From positions 434,001 to 498,000 of the forward strand of contig JAYWIR010000009.1 of NCBI GenBank assembly GCA_036172245.1: 64,000 bases of DNA, given 5' to 3'. Shown here piece by piece: positions 1 to 12,529 of this stretch. Positions within the stretch are counted from its first letter, which is position 1. Every line of letters starts with the position of its first letter. This DNA is from Raillietiella orientalis (Eukaryota). A program made the translations under genes and the position numbers. The notes beneath the pieces are model-generated. The model made no database searches. It was given only the letters and a program-made list of their open reading frames with translations, and was not told the origin of the DNA.

Positions 1-1350
1 CCCTGGATCCTCTTCCTTTTCCCTCTCTTCCTTCTCCTGATGCTGCTTCCATCTTTCCTTTTTTTTTGTTTTTTTTTCCCACTCTCCGCAGGAAGCGGCT
101 GACGCTCCGATTCCTTCCTTCCGGAACTCGCCGGCTCCGTAAGAGGGTCCGCGCGGCACGCGCGACCACTGGCGTCCCTCTTCTGCCCTTCCTGTTTGCC
201 TCCCTGCCTCCTCTTTGGCTCAGAGGTTTTTGCGGAGAATCGATTCGACTTCTGCGTCGTAACGGGTGCAACGACTGGCGAATCTCCAGCGCCATCTCCG
301 ATAAATGCGGACCGAGGCTTTTCCTTCTATCTGAAGGAGCGAAGGGAAAAACGAGAATGGAGAAATCCTTCCTTCCTTCCGCGTCCTACCCTTCTCTCTA
401 GTACCCCATTCTGCTTCCATCCGAGCACAAACGCACCAGCCCTGAATTCCAGCGGAATTAACATAGATGTTACTCGTGGGCTGAGCAGTGCCGTGCACCG
501 CCTCCTTCTGGCGGATGGCGAGATGGAAAGAAAATCCACTCCCCAGTGATAGCCGACGCTTCCTGTCCTCCACCACCTCCTCGTTCCCTCTTTCTTTCAT
601 ATCATCCTGCTCTCTACCTCTGGAAGGAAACGCGCGGAGGAAGCATAGAAAGGGGGCGAGTGGATGACCTTCCCTTCCCGCGTGCAGAATGCCCGCTTCG
701 TCATGAACTCGCTCCGACACTCGGAAGCTCTGTGGAGTCCCCTGAGAAAACCCAATACTCTGGCTCCACGACATCTAGCTCTACTCTGCGTTTTTCCACA
801 AACTTCGCTGGTTTTGAGTATTTGTCTCCCGGGAACTCTCGTCCCTGAGTGGCTTCGGAGAAGGAGGCGTCTCTCGTTCCTTTGGTCAGGCGGAGATTGC
901 CACCGTGGTCGTTCGGCACCCCTGTGGGCATTGTTCCTCCCACAATTTTGAAAACGGCAATGATTACAGCAATAAATCGTTAAGAAGGAACCTCCACGAG
1001 GAGGATGGCCTTTCCACAGAGGAGAGACAAGTGCTCCCACTGATCGAAGGAACAGTCCCGGGAGCTGGCCCTTGCCATCCTTCTCCTTGTCCTCCGCTGA
1101 AGACAAGCTCAAAAAGCAAAGCCTTTTCTCAGAGGCTCCAGGAGTCCTAGAAGAAGGCGGAACAGATTAGGTCACATGAGCAGCGGACTTTAGCAGAGAT
1201 TGTTCAGCCAGTCATGCCGAGAACTTTCTTCAAAAAAGGATGAACAAGCCAGAGAGAACCAACAATTTTCTGGAAAACAACGACAAGTTTAAAGAAAGGG
1301 TGCACCGACACTCAGATCGTCAACTCCAGAATTCCGAAAGGGGCACGCGT

Positions 1351-1420
1351 TGGTAGCCGTGTGGCGGCAGTCTAAGCGCGTGGTACCAGGCGTTGCGGGT
1401 TCGAATCCCATCCGGGAAAG
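1351..1420 (+). mobile_element. tRNA-derived SINE head or tRNA pseudogene
   Basis: A-box-like TAGCCGTGTGG (1354-1364) and B-box GGTTCGAATCC (1398-1408) at Pol III spacing. The T-stem GCGGG/CCCAT is imperfect, and no proper anticodon arm or acceptor stem can be folded. Confidence 0.55.
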
Positions 1421-1514
1421 GATTGACTCCGAGAAATAGGCGCGTCGTAGGTTTTCGAATGCTCTCGCGCAGAATAATGTTGGTTGGCCTGTAGGTTTCG
1501 GATGCGGCATTGAA

Positions 1515-1958
1515 GGAAGCCGGAAACAGGATGCCCTCGTTGACTGGCAGGGGCTGGAAGTTGACCCTGTGGGGCCCTTCTAGGAACCAGGGAGCCGGTT
1601 CCTCTCGGGGTTCCCTTCCGTCCGTGAAAACGAAGCTGTTTCTCTCCTCGGTGAGAGACTCTTCCTCGCGCACAATGAAGATGAGTGTCCAAGAAGCAAG
1701 CCGCTCCCTTCGGGGAGCTCCCTTCAGAAAAATCTGGAAGCGTCCCTACGGGGTTCACTTCAGAGGAGGAAACAAAGAGCGGATTTTTTCTTGGGATTCC
1801 TATCAAAAAAAAAACGAGGAGTGGCCCTTCCGGGGATCCTCTGGAAATAATAAGAAGGACGTTTCCGTCGGAGCTCCCTCTAGAGACAACCAGGGTGAGA
1901 GTTTCCCGAGAGTACGAGGAGCGGACTCCTTCCTCCTAAGCCTTCCTGGATTCATAGG
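1515..1958 (-). repeat. Diverged repeat copy 1 (paralog of 3434-3914), possibly a decayed LINE endonuclease region
   Basis: Colinear shared blocks with 3434-3914: GGAAGCCGGAAAC.GGATGC, TGGAAGTTGACCC, GGAGCCGGTTCC, GAGACAACCAGG, CCTGGATTCAT. The ORF track shows EAGNRM...WKLT in both copies. Confidence 0.65.
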
Positions 1959-2039
1959 GTGGTCCCTCCGAGGTTACCCCTAATCTGAAGAATGATGAGC
2001 AGAAATGAAGAAAAGGACAAGGAGCAGGACAGAGGTCTT

Positions 2040-3250
2040 TGGTTCTTCTAATTCCTTCTCAAAGATTGAGAAGAGTTCGGAACGGGAGAGGGAAGAGAGT
2101 CACTAAATAGAGGAAAGGGAAAAGGTGACGTCAAGGGTCACCGAGTTCGGTTGTTTCTTCCTCCGAAAGCGGCCGCCGGATGCTGCCGGTCTCCGCCTTG
2201 ACTTCCTATCCTAGGAGAGGCCACCTAGCAACCGTCCTCGGCAGGCAGCTGCCATGCGGGTGGCCTCCCTTCTCCGGCCATCCTTCCTCGAAACATGTCG
2301 GGCCGTGTTGGCGGTGCGGACGCGCCATCTCGCTGCGGTCAGACTGCCCGTAAAGAGTACGCCGCACCCGGTCACGGGTGGTGTCCTCCTAGTTCTGCAA
2401 CGGCGAAGCCGGGGCATTTCAGTCCCAAAGCAGGAGAGGGATCGATTCTGCCGACTCGCCCCTGGCACGGTCCGGGGATGCATCTCCCCTGGAAATGAAG
2501 TGCAGGCGCTGATTGCACTGGAATCACCAGTATGGAAGCAGCGGGCAGCCTGTCCCCGACATGAGGGGTACACGGAAGTGTTCGAACATCATTGAGGGAC
2601 CACGACTTCGTCGGGGACACTAGTCGCTCCGCTTGTGAACGAGCAGTGGCTGCGTCCACGAGCTCGCTGATTGCGCTTCAGAGTGTGCTCTTTCCTGCAG
2701 TGGTGCAGAACTCCTACTCTGCTGGTAGTCAAAGCAGAGGTCGCTCGCCTTAGAGCAGACAGCGGTGTGGCAAGAGGTGAGGCAGTCAGGGCCGAAAACT
2801 GCCTCGAGTCCTGCACTACCACTGGCAAAGGATGGCTGAGGGAGAGACGCAGGAGATCGAGCTCTGATGGGCGGATTCCTTGATACGCGCCTCCTGCAGC
2901 CAATCACTAAAGTTCAGCGGGCGGTAGGAGATCAACGGATAGACTTCCATAAGCGAGGCAGCAACGAGCAGTCCGCCGATGGGGCGCCGTCGAGGGGAAA
3001 CGAAAGAAGATCGTTGGGATGCGAAATCGTGACTGCTGGTCAATGCCCCCCCCCCAACAAACTCGAAGCTGCTTCCTCGTCTGATGGTGGACACTCCAAC
3101 TGGCTCGGAACTTTGCAAAACAATAACAGTAGAAGCGCCCTCGCACATCTTCCTCTACGAATCCCCTGATACCGCACTTGAGGGGACCGTACGAATAAAG
3201 AAGAGCAAATGCGGATGATTAGCTCGGGAAGGGATCACCATGTGCTGTAA
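2040..3250 (-). mobile_element. Decayed L1/Tx1-like LINE, RT thumb to C-terminus (family A-like)
   Basis: Minus-strand QVRYQGI (RT domain 7-like), FEFVGGG and RPIGGLL thumb-like motifs, and the family C-terminal nucleotide motif GAGGACGG..GC.AGGTGG near 2220-2240. Many stops and frameshifts. Confidence 0.6.
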
Positions 3251-3433
3251 AGTGTCCTCTGCATCTGTAAGGATTTGTAAGGTTGTAAGGATGCCGGCAA
3301 GTTCCTGTTTCGAGGTTCCCAGGTGGGGCCATCTTGACGCTTTCTTCATGAAGAGGACAGCAAAATAGATCGCGTTCCCGTCCTGGCCTCCTCTGGCGTT
3401 GCTTCATATAGCCACGATAGGGTGCGTGCTGAT

Positions 3434-3965
3434 GGAAGCCGGAAACCGGATGCTCCTGCTCTCCATCTGGGATTGGAAGTTGACCCGCTGGGTTCTCTCC
3501 AGGAATCCAGGAGCCGGTTCCCTCCGGGGTTCCCCACCGTTTGTGGGAATGGAGCTGTTCCTCCCTCTAAGCGGTGTACGCTCCGTCTCATACCATGGAG
3601 CTGGTATGAGACGTATATCCCTCCAGGGTGTAAAGAAGTGTGCTGCTTCTTTCGGGAGTGACCCTTCAGAGAAACTTTGGAAACATCTCTTCGGGTAACA
3701 AGAAGGAGTGACAAGGAGCGTTTTTTTTGCAGGTTCCTGCGGAGAAGAAATTCCAAGAGTTGACCCTTTTCGAGTTCCGTTCGTAGGAGAAACAAGGGTG
3801 CGGCCCCCTCCGGAGAAAGCAAAGAAGAGATTGCCTTCGGAGACAACCAGGATGGAGGGTTCTCTTCAAAGTGTGAGAGGAACGGACTCGAGAGACCTCC
3901 CTGGATTCATTGGATGATCCGCTCCCGACGCACTCCGCAACTTTAAGAGTAACTACACGCATTCT
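3434..3965 (-). repeat. Diverged repeat copy 2, possibly a decayed AP-endonuclease domain
   Basis: Homologous to 1515-1958. Minus-strand MRVVTLKV, ILVVSE and ISTHPIV occur in the order expected for APE motifs, but across frameshifts. Confidence 0.45.
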
Positions 3966-4249
3966 CTGGTGGCGCGGAATAGTGTTAAAGAGCTTCGTGA
4001 GCTTCCCCCCACTACGGAGGCGGAGGGTTCTTGAGTACTTAGGGGATGAGAACGTCAGGGGCACGAAATTCCTAGGGTGTAATGAACCTGCTCCTCATGT
4101 TGTGGTAGCCGAAGGAGGACGCTGATCTCAAAGTGGACGTGAGGATTCTAACTCTGCTCTGTTCTGAAGACCCTCGGAAACTTGAAACGAGTGATACTCA
4201 AGGTCAGTCTTTCCGTCACACGGAGGCTGTTTAGCATGGCTCGCGGGGC

Positions 4250-5300
4250 AGCATCGAATGTTCACTCCTGATGTAGAAAATAGCCCATTCCTTTCACCCA
4301 ACCCTCGTAAAAAAGAAATCCATCGCTGCTCTTCAGAATGGGAGAGTCTTTCCTCAGAATGGCGCTCCAGTGGGCAATCGTAAAATCCCTGCTGCCCAAC
4401 AACTACATCCCAGAGAATCTTTGTCGCTTCCTATCACGGAATTTGAATTCTGTCAAGATGCACGCTGAGGATGGGGGGTGAATAACACCTTCGAATCCTT
4501 TCGTTGACCTCCAGGAACAGCGCCCTTCTTAGCGATTTGAGAGATTGGGAAAGCAAAGAAGCGAAGAGCATCTCGAAGGGTTCCAAGTTCATTCACATCA
4601 TTACAAGGTCTGACGCCCCCTAAGACTCGCGTAATACCAGCATTGGGTAGACTGGCTCTTTGTCACATCGTGATTGCAGAGTCGTGTTGCTTTTGCCTAA
4701 TGGTCGATCTGTGCTTAGCAAAGGGATCTTCCGACAAACAAGATGTAGCGGTACATCCAAAGGGCAGTCATTGCTCAAACTTCAGCGATTATCCTTTTCC
4801 AAGGTGTTGAAGCTGTGTCTTTAATTACGAACGTTCGTATCCTCACTCCAGAGATAGGGCTAGCGCATGGTTAGCCGGGGGTCACTTGACATGGAGCAAT
4901 TTGGATTTGGCTGACCATGCCGGGTCCTCCAGAGTTCTCAAACGTCAAGTATCAAGCAAATGTAATCGCTGATGTGTCCGCCGACTACGAACTTACCAAA
5001 AAGTCCCAGCTGGCAACTCCTGGTACAGTTCCAGTCTTCAGCATCATCGAGGAAGAAGACGCCAAAGAACGATCCGGGAAAATCAATACTTTCGCCGTGC
5101 TTCTGCTAGCGTCTCCGACCGTTCTCGGAGGATTGCGGGGGTCTTGACCAGGGTCACGTTGTTAACGTTCTTTTGCTCCACCGCAGGAAGCAAAGAGAGA
5201 TCAGGAGAAACGAATCTGAAAGAACGCCTTGCGATTCCTGGGAAGATCAGCGAGACTACCAAGTTGGAAGGAGTGATAGGGATGGATAAGCACAAAAACA
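4250..5300 (-). mobile_element. Decayed non-LTR reverse transcriptase
   Basis: Motifs in RT order on the minus strand: FVSPDL, VTLVK, QLGLFGKFVVGGHISDYICLILDV, NDCPLDVPL, LEVNEKDSKVL, TKIL...AHWSAILRK. Confidence 0.7.
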
Positions 5301-5649
5301 TTTATTGCTGCAAGTGTCACCTTATAGTGTTTGGCAGTCGAATACAGTGCCACGAGAACATCATTTAACATTTAATTAACTAATAGACAACATCCTTTGT
5401 CACACTGCAAGAGTATTCAATGGATGAACTGTTACTCAACCAAATATTGCTTACTGCACACGGTGCATTTTGCACAGCGTATCCAATCTTATCTTTGGGG
5501 ATTCAGAGGCGCTTTGAATGGAGGGGCCGTCATTGCTTGCAAACAAATGATGTATTAAAATACATGAAAAGTTAACAGGGAAGTAACGAAAAGGATTATC
5601 GGAAATCAAGTGATTGAGATGCGTGGACTGCAGTTTATAGTTTCTCGTT

Positions 5650-6870
5650 GTCATCAGTTACAACTGATGCCGCAATAAGTGAGAGGTGAAGCATTTAAGA
5701 AATGCTCTCCTCATATGAGAAGTTGCTTGTTTTGTTCGATGCAAAGAGCTCCATTGGTTGCCTCCCCGGAGGCCCTCAATGACTATTTGGATATCGCACA
5801 TTCTGGATTGCCCAACAGCTCGAGCACCAGAGTTTTCACTTGGACGGGACGGACAGTGACAAAGATGACCGTGGGATGTCAAGAAAATTTCCGGTTCCTC
5901 ACCAACCGACTGAGGTACGATCTCGGAGCGAAATATTCCCAGGGTGCGAACTTGGGGCAACGATGAGAAGTGAGGTGGGGAGCTGGACATATTGGTGGCA
6001 CTTTGCGGGAGAAAGAACAGCTGGTCCCAGATAGACCGAATTCCAAGCGTTCTTCTCCCTTCGGCTCTTTGAAATGTCCTCTTTATCGATTGCAGTTTCT
6101 GCAGACGGCCAAAAGAGGGTCTCCTGCATCTAAGACACCTGTGGAAGGAATTCCTTGTCTTCTGAAAGACCATAACAAGTGGAGTTTGTTAAAGAAAGTC
6201 CTAGTCATCGAAAATGGTAGCACGCTTGTAAAAACCACTGCTGGTGATGCATCATTGGACCTTTCATCCTGCCAGGAGTTGCCTTCTCGTAGAGAGTTTT
6301 CCTTATAACTCGAGAAACCAAAAAATCGAGATCGGAGAAATGATGACGCCAATGCCACGAAAGTGAAGGATCTGTCAGTTGGATCTCTCATTTCTTACTT
6401 CTCAATTGGGACACGAAGACCTCTGCAAGCACAAAAGCCTAGAATTGTCCTTTTGCACCTCCTGGAAACCCGAAAGCAGAGATGATTGCGAAAATCACCA
6501 GTCGCTCATCTGCTTGCTGGTAGTTTGTTGATTTCCATCATCCTTATCATGTCTTCCTCAAGTTTAGTCGAAAAAGGGGCTTCGAGACAGGAAGAAAAAG
6601 TCGAACGAGTTGAGGAAGCGTCCAACAGCCAATTGAGGATTTGAGGAGGCTGAGAATCCAGGGACACGACAAGTGCAAGAGACACATCAAAGGGGATGAG
6701 GGATGTTGAGGGACTCTCAGGAAAGCGACATGGTCGTCTGCCACTGGAGGACGCAAGAACTTTAAACAAGCTGACGATGGAATGAGAAAGCGGCACGCTA
6801 TCTTGAGAATCATTCGGGGGCGAACTTAGGTTCTGAAAAGAGGTCCAGCCACCATCAACGGGCAATCTCG
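5650..6870 (-). mobile_element. Second decayed non-LTR reverse transcriptase
   Basis: STSLIPF, SPAVVFTSVLPFSM, VLDAGDPLL (YADD-like) and QVRTLGIF in RT order on the minus strand. Confidence 0.55.
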
Positions 6871-7989
6871 AAAGGAGGAAGCGGGTCGAACAGATCCGAG
6901 AGAAGACAGGCGTTCAAGTGAAAAAAAAAAAAAAAGCAATTGCGTCGCTGTTGCTCACCGGCGCCCTGGACCATAACGCAGACGGATGGAAGGAAAAGGA
7001 TAGGAGGCAGAATTAATCCCCAATCCATAATCTCTTGGTTTATTCATGCGCTCAGCGTTCTATTCTGAACCTTTCAGGATTCTTAGGTTTCCTAATCTTC
7101 CTGCTGTCGTTTCGATCAATTCCTAGCACGCGAAGATGCTTGCGTACATTCTTCCTAGGAAGAGAAGGGCCTTTTATCCGCATCTTTTAGCTGCCGGTTG
7201 CAGAATGGGAGAAAAAATGATGGCATAAATGGAATTGCTCTCTGGAGACATGGCGCTACGAGTTCCCCTTCTTTGTCTGCCAGCGAGAAGGGGATAGGAA
7301 AAGGTTGTTGCTGCTATAGTAGGAAGGATCCTGGCAAAGGGAGCGTCTTTTTAAGCAGGCTGCTGATGCTGCGAACCGGAAAACCTGGAAAGACGTGAGA
7401 TGATGCGAGGTTTCACTTGGATTCCGGAAAGCCAGGAGGATGCTCCGGCCAAGGAGTCGCCAGGTCTCAACTCTGCTCCCATCGCGGAAGAGGCCATCAG
7501 TGTCCCCTCGTTCCTGCTCCAAGAGAGGCAACGGTGGAGGAGGCCAATCGAACTTTGTGGGATGCGCCGTCACTACTTGCACTTTTCATCTACCTGGAAA
7601 TACAGACTCAGGACCCTGAGGAGCAGAAGAACGAGAAAAGATGCGTGCAGCGCAGCGTGGACATCTACTGGACCCACCGACTGGGGATCCCTGCGAAACG
7701 ACCGAGCACTGAATTGCCACTGGAGAGTCTCCAAAAGGAGGCCACCGTGTTTCGGATCCGTGCAACACCAGAGCAGGCTCGATGCACGTGTCGGAGGTCC
7801 CCTGTGCTGAACAAAGGGCCGAGAACTCGAGGAGCTCGGACGGAGCCTCCAGGCAATGAGGATACCAGGGAAGCGAGGCGCTCTGGAGGCAGCTGAAAAG
7901 CTACGCTATCCGTAAAATAGGACACCCCCAAGAACCAGCTCTGTTGCCTTTCTCTGTGAGGATGACACAATTGCCGTCGTCAACACGCT

Positions 7990-8900
7990 TCCACCTATTC
8001 ACTCCATGACGTTTATCCCGAAAAAGAGCAAACAAACAAATTGGGAACCAGGGGAAACCAAGACGCTGGCTGGTCACTCAAGAACTAAGAAATGAAAGGG
8101 AAATGACAATAAAGAAACAAAAAAAGAAGAGAGAGCAAAGAGAGGGTATTCTTGTTCACGACCGCTTCAGAGGGCAGGCGATTTCCCCGGCGAATTCTTC
8201 GCACAGACGGAGCCACCTACTGCCGTCCTCGCAAAGATGATTTCAATGCGGGTGGCCTCTCGTAGCTGCGACCAGGACTCCAGCAGATGACGAGCAGCGA
8301 CGCTCGCGCAGAGGCAGCATATCGTCACAACCACGGCTCTCATCGAGAGTCTGTCGTATCCAAAGAATAGCCGCAGCAAATCCATGGCGGTGTGCTCCGA
8401 AAGCACACCGCCATGAAGACACCCTTCGCCTCAGTTACTGAAGGGCATCGCAGTCTAGCAAGAGGTGCGAGAATGACTCGATGTGCACAGTGTTTGGGCC
8501 TTCTTTGGAGTGAACAGAGTCCTCAGTACTTCTGCGTTGTCAGGATCCCATGGTACCAGGGATCTGACGACGATCGCCAGGACGCCCTTCAAGGCAAAGT
8601 GGAGAGGCCAATCCACTGATATCTGCTCTTCGCCTCCTGCCGCGAGCCTTCTGATGATGTGGTGAAGTGCTCTTATGGAGTACTATGTCCAAGATGGATA
8701 CCATGTCTTCTTCCTGGAGAACCGAGTCTGGTTTCAGCCTGGAATGGATTGGTTGGAGCCCCAGGTCTCATCGGTGCTTTGGGCCTTCCAAGGGGTCTTC
8801 ATGCCTTGATGGCAGATCAGTGGTTGACTATGTGATGTAGAGATTTCTTCTTTGGCATATTCGTCCTGTCCATTTCTGGTAGGTGGCGCACGTTTAGGCA
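7990..8900 (-). mobile_element. Family A LINE 3' fragment
   Basis: ESFSHLLLDC finger remnant (about 8450-8480), HTAMDLLRLFF and FARTAVG C-terminus, pyrimidine-rich UTR and degenerate 3' motifs. Confidence 0.75.
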
Positions 8901-8911
8901 GTACGAGTCTT

Positions 8912-9700
8912 CATTTTTTCACCCGGTCACTCCGGGTCCTTTATTTATGAAAAATATGAGCAGACAAGACGGAAACGTCGTTTACAGAAACAACAAAACA
9001 AAGTTCACCGATACGCGGGCGAGTTAGTTGAGCGATCCAGAGCTGAAGAGGATATTTTGTCATTGGACGCTCCTTCTGGATAAGTACTGGCGCAGAACAC
9101 CGACGATTTCCGACTCGACTTCTTCCTGCAGGCGAGACCACCTGGCAGCCGTCCTCATGTTGGCGGCTGCTATGCAGGTGACCTCCCTTTGCCGCACTTG
9201 AGACTCCATCAGATGGAGGGCTATGAGGATGGTGACGAGGAAACGTCTCGTTGCAATTAGGGAGCATGCAAGAAGTCCGCCACAGTCGAAGAATCTCTGG
9301 TGCGATTCCTCGGCTGTGCCTTTATGTTGCAGGAGATCTCAAGACAACCTCCGCCTCAGTTCCTTGAGAAAACTGCACTCCAAAAGCAAGTGAGGAAACA
9401 AATCAATCGTCCTGCATCTGGAACAGTTCGGGAGTGTGAGTCTTCCGTGAATAAGACGTCGGCGTTGGTTGCAGCAGCAACCCCAGTGCAGGAAGAGCAC
9501 CTCGTTCTTTTATGGAAGGGGCAGCATCGAAGTGTTCACACAAGGGGGAGGGGTCGAAGGTCACAGAGGTAGTTGTTCCCGTTGAAGTAGTCCCTGTCTG
9601 GCATCGTCGCGGCTCAAATCGTGCCCAAGCCCGGGAAGTATCGCAATGGGTCACCCCGCAGCCTCATTGATGGAGATCATGGGCAGAAGATCTCACCTGG
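8912..9700 (-). mobile_element. Family A LINE 3' fragment with intact CCHC finger
   Basis: NCSRCRTIDLFPHLLLEC (about 9375-9428), MRTAARWSRLQEEVESEIVGVLRQYLSRRS, and the terminal AATAAA-GG-ACCCGG-AGTGA-CCGGGT-GAAAAAA. Confidence 0.85.
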
Positions 9701-10199
9701 GGTTTCGAAGGTCTCCCGGGAAATCTGCCGCATCTCGCATAAGCTGCGAAGCAGAAAATCCTGTCCCCTTCTTCCCGTTTTTTCTTATTTGTTTTCCCTC
9801 CCTTTTGCTCCCAGTTCCGGCAAGCGACCGACCCGAGGAGCTGCGATCTCTACCAAAAGAATTTCTTTTTTGTTTCCGGTGAAATAACCTACTTCTCATT
9901 TCTCCTTTCCTAGGCTCTAGTGATCTGACCTACTTCCTGGTTTGTTTGTTTCAGGAATTGAAGTGCCTGCGTGACTTTCTAATCTCGGATTACAGGACTG
10001 TCTGTACACCATGAAAATTTGTACAGTTAAAAAAGTGCTGACATGCGTCAAATGGAAAAGAAAGAAACCACCCGAGATGGGTAAGGGTTGACCAGGGGGA
10101 GAGCCAATGAATAAGCAAACAAATGGAGGATGGAATGGACCGTCCTCACAATACCGAACGTGATCCTCCGAGGGTCTGCGGGGAACAGGAGATAGGGGA

Positions 10200-10800
10200 A
10201 AAGAAATAGCCCTGACCCATATCAGGGTTGGCGTGCCCAGAATCGTCTTGCTGGCAATACAACTGAACCTTCTTCATGAAAGCGGCGGCAATCGCGAGTG
10301 GACTGCCTGTTGGACCGGTCGAGGATCCCGATGCAATCCCTCCGCTGTCCTCCAGGAACTGAGGCGGAGACTGGGCTTCAGCACCTCTGCATCCGGAGGA
10401 CACAGCGAGCGGCCTGCCGCGACGGTCCTCCGCACGGGATGGACTTTTGCGTGGCACGGAGATCGCAACCGTCGGATTGCGTCCGCGTCGCCTTGGAGTC
10501 ACGCTCGCGGCAACAGGAAGTCATCCCCCTAGCCTGAGGAATACATCGAGGCGAACCCATTTGCCACAGGAATCGTCAGGAGTCTCGTCCACATCTCGGG
10601 GAAGCTGTGGAGAAGAAGAAACTGCCTACATAAAATACCCCCGTCCCTCCCTCCTTATCTTTTGATGCTTATGGTTCCTTCACCTTCGTTCCAAACTCTC
10701 TCCTTGTCCGAGCTGAGTGTCCGCGAACCCTGCACGCGGTCTTCAATTTGTTACCCTTGGGAACTCCTCTTCCAGGTTCCTGCATGCTTGTTTGCTTGTT
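10200..10800 (+). mobile_element. Family A LINE 3' fragment
   Basis: LQELRRRLG and PEDTASGL match the post-finger segment of other copies (PEDTAKGF at about 11690), followed by a pyrimidine-rich UTR. Confidence 0.6.
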
Positions 10801-10832
10801 TGTTTTATAGAGAAGCAAATGTTCCGGCATGA

Positions 10833-11126
10833 TTTTCCCATCCCGGATAGCCAGGCCATTTATTTAAAACAAACGAATCAAATTAGGTGGTCATGCACAG
10901 AGAAGGGTCGAACCATGCATGGTCCGAACCCGGAAGTACTGCCCTCGCGGGGTACAGGACTATAGAGGAATGAAGCAAGAAGAGGAGGGCAACAAATGAA
11001 TAAATAGAGAATGGAATGGGCCGGCTCCACGGAATTCCTCTAGTTTAACGAAGGACTGCGCTGGGCAGGGAAGGGACGGAAAGGGAGTCGAGCACTCAAC
11101 GTTTTTGCCCCCATAACCGGAACGCA
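10833..11126 (-). mobile_element. Short LINE 3' end or UTR fragment
   Basis: Minus-strand TTTATTCATTT UTR motif and terminal AATAAA-TGG-CCTGG-CTAT-CCGGG, similar to the end at about 53740-53785. Confidence 0.5.
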
Positions 11127-12170
11127 AGACGCGAAGAGGCATCGGAGTCGTCAGTTGCCACTTTTCAGGCGCACCCAGAGCAACTTCGCTCGCTGAGGAA
11201 ACTCCTATGCAAGCCGCTAGGAGAAGTCTTGCAGGACTAAACGGAGAGGCTCAGGACAGTCGTCCACCCCTTGCCGCAGTACTGTTTGCCCGTAGGGCAA
11301 ACGGGATGGGAATTTTACTGCAGCATTCCAGGAGTGGAAAAACTCCGGGACGGCCGCAGGACGAGCGCGTTGCTCGACGGTGCCACTCCCTGTTCCCGAG
11401 CGAAGGCAATCCTTCGGTGGAGCGAACTGCTTGACATGCCTTCCCGAAGAACTCGTGATCTCTTCCCTGTGTGTAGACACCACGGTGCTCCCGTTGCTGT
11501 GGAAACGGGGTGTTCTGCTGCTTCTGCACTGAAGGGATCAAAGTGCAGCCAGCGCAGGACCTGATTTTGGGGAAAGTTGCTGCCTCCCCGAGCTGTTCCA
11601 GGTGCGGAGCGGTGGAATCTCTCCCTCACCTCTTGTTGGAGTGCCTTCGAGGCCATTCGGCGGAGACTCTGTTAACTGATCCGCCACCGGAGGACACCGC
11701 CAAGGGCTTTCTGCGACGCTTCCTCACGCAAGGCGGGCTGACGGCAGACACCGTCATCTCCACGAGATGCTGCATCCGCGCCATAGTCGCAGTCCGCTCC
11801 GTGTGAAAGAGTCTCGTTCGCAGCGAAGGGAGACCATCCGAATGGCTGCCGCCTTGATGAGGACGGCTGCAAGGTGGTCTCACCCGCCAGAAGAAGTCAT
11901 CAGAGAGATGGCCACCAAAAAAATCCACATCGAGGAATAAGGGGGAGACTGAAACCAAAACCCCTGTCCCTTCTCTCCCGTCTTTTTTTTTTTTTACTTC
12001 ATTTATTGTCCTTTTCTTCCGTTTTTTACTTCCTTAGAAGTCGGCCTGCGTTTCGGTGGTCAACCCCAATGAACTTTTTTTTTTGATATCTCTTGTATTC
12101 AGGGGATGCTGTTTTCCTCTGACTTCTGGTTCATTTTTTAAATAAAGGTCCCGGCGTGACTGATTACAAA
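11127..12170 (+). mobile_element. Family A LINE 3' fragment, about 1.04 kb; inverted duplicate of 28564-29609
   Basis: CSRCGAVESLPHLLLEC zinc finger, MRTAARWSH C-terminus and 3' AATAAAGGTCCCGGCGTGAC. Near-identical ORF translations appear on the opposite strand at 28.6-29.6 kb. Confidence 0.9.
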
Positions 12171-12529
12171 TCACTGGTTTCGGATGAGTCTGCTCACAGT
12201 CGTTCCCAGATTCCTTTTTCGTATTCTACTGCTTAGATTGGGTCATTCTATAGCTCTCTGCATTCTCCAGGATATCGGAGGTATTCCTCCTTCCTCCTTC
12301 TTGATGGTCACCGTGACTCTTATGCTACGGAGCGACCGTCAAGCCATGTACATAGACATCTCTCTAAGGAGATTTTCTGGAATGGCATAAATAGGGAATG
12401 GGATGACATATCTGTAGAAGTCACACCATTGAAGGAAGAAGCTGTGACTGAGTTTAGGAGAAATTGGTTAGCCCGAGAGCAGGAATCAGGACATCGCTGA
12501 ACGACTCTTGAGCTCGGCGTAAAGTTGCT

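Noticed and set aside
360..1250. Plus-strand LINE ORF1 remnant (PCGHCSSH)
   Set aside because: A single weak knuckle-like motif is too little to call a feature.
5455..5535. Possible short minus-strand exon flanked by AAG and GTAAGC
   Set aside because: Isolated, with an uninformative peptide; such signals arise by chance in AT-rich DNA.
10905..10931. Imperfect palindrome around ACCATGCATGGT
   Set aside because: The core is only 12 bp with mismatched extensions, within chance expectation for 64 kb.
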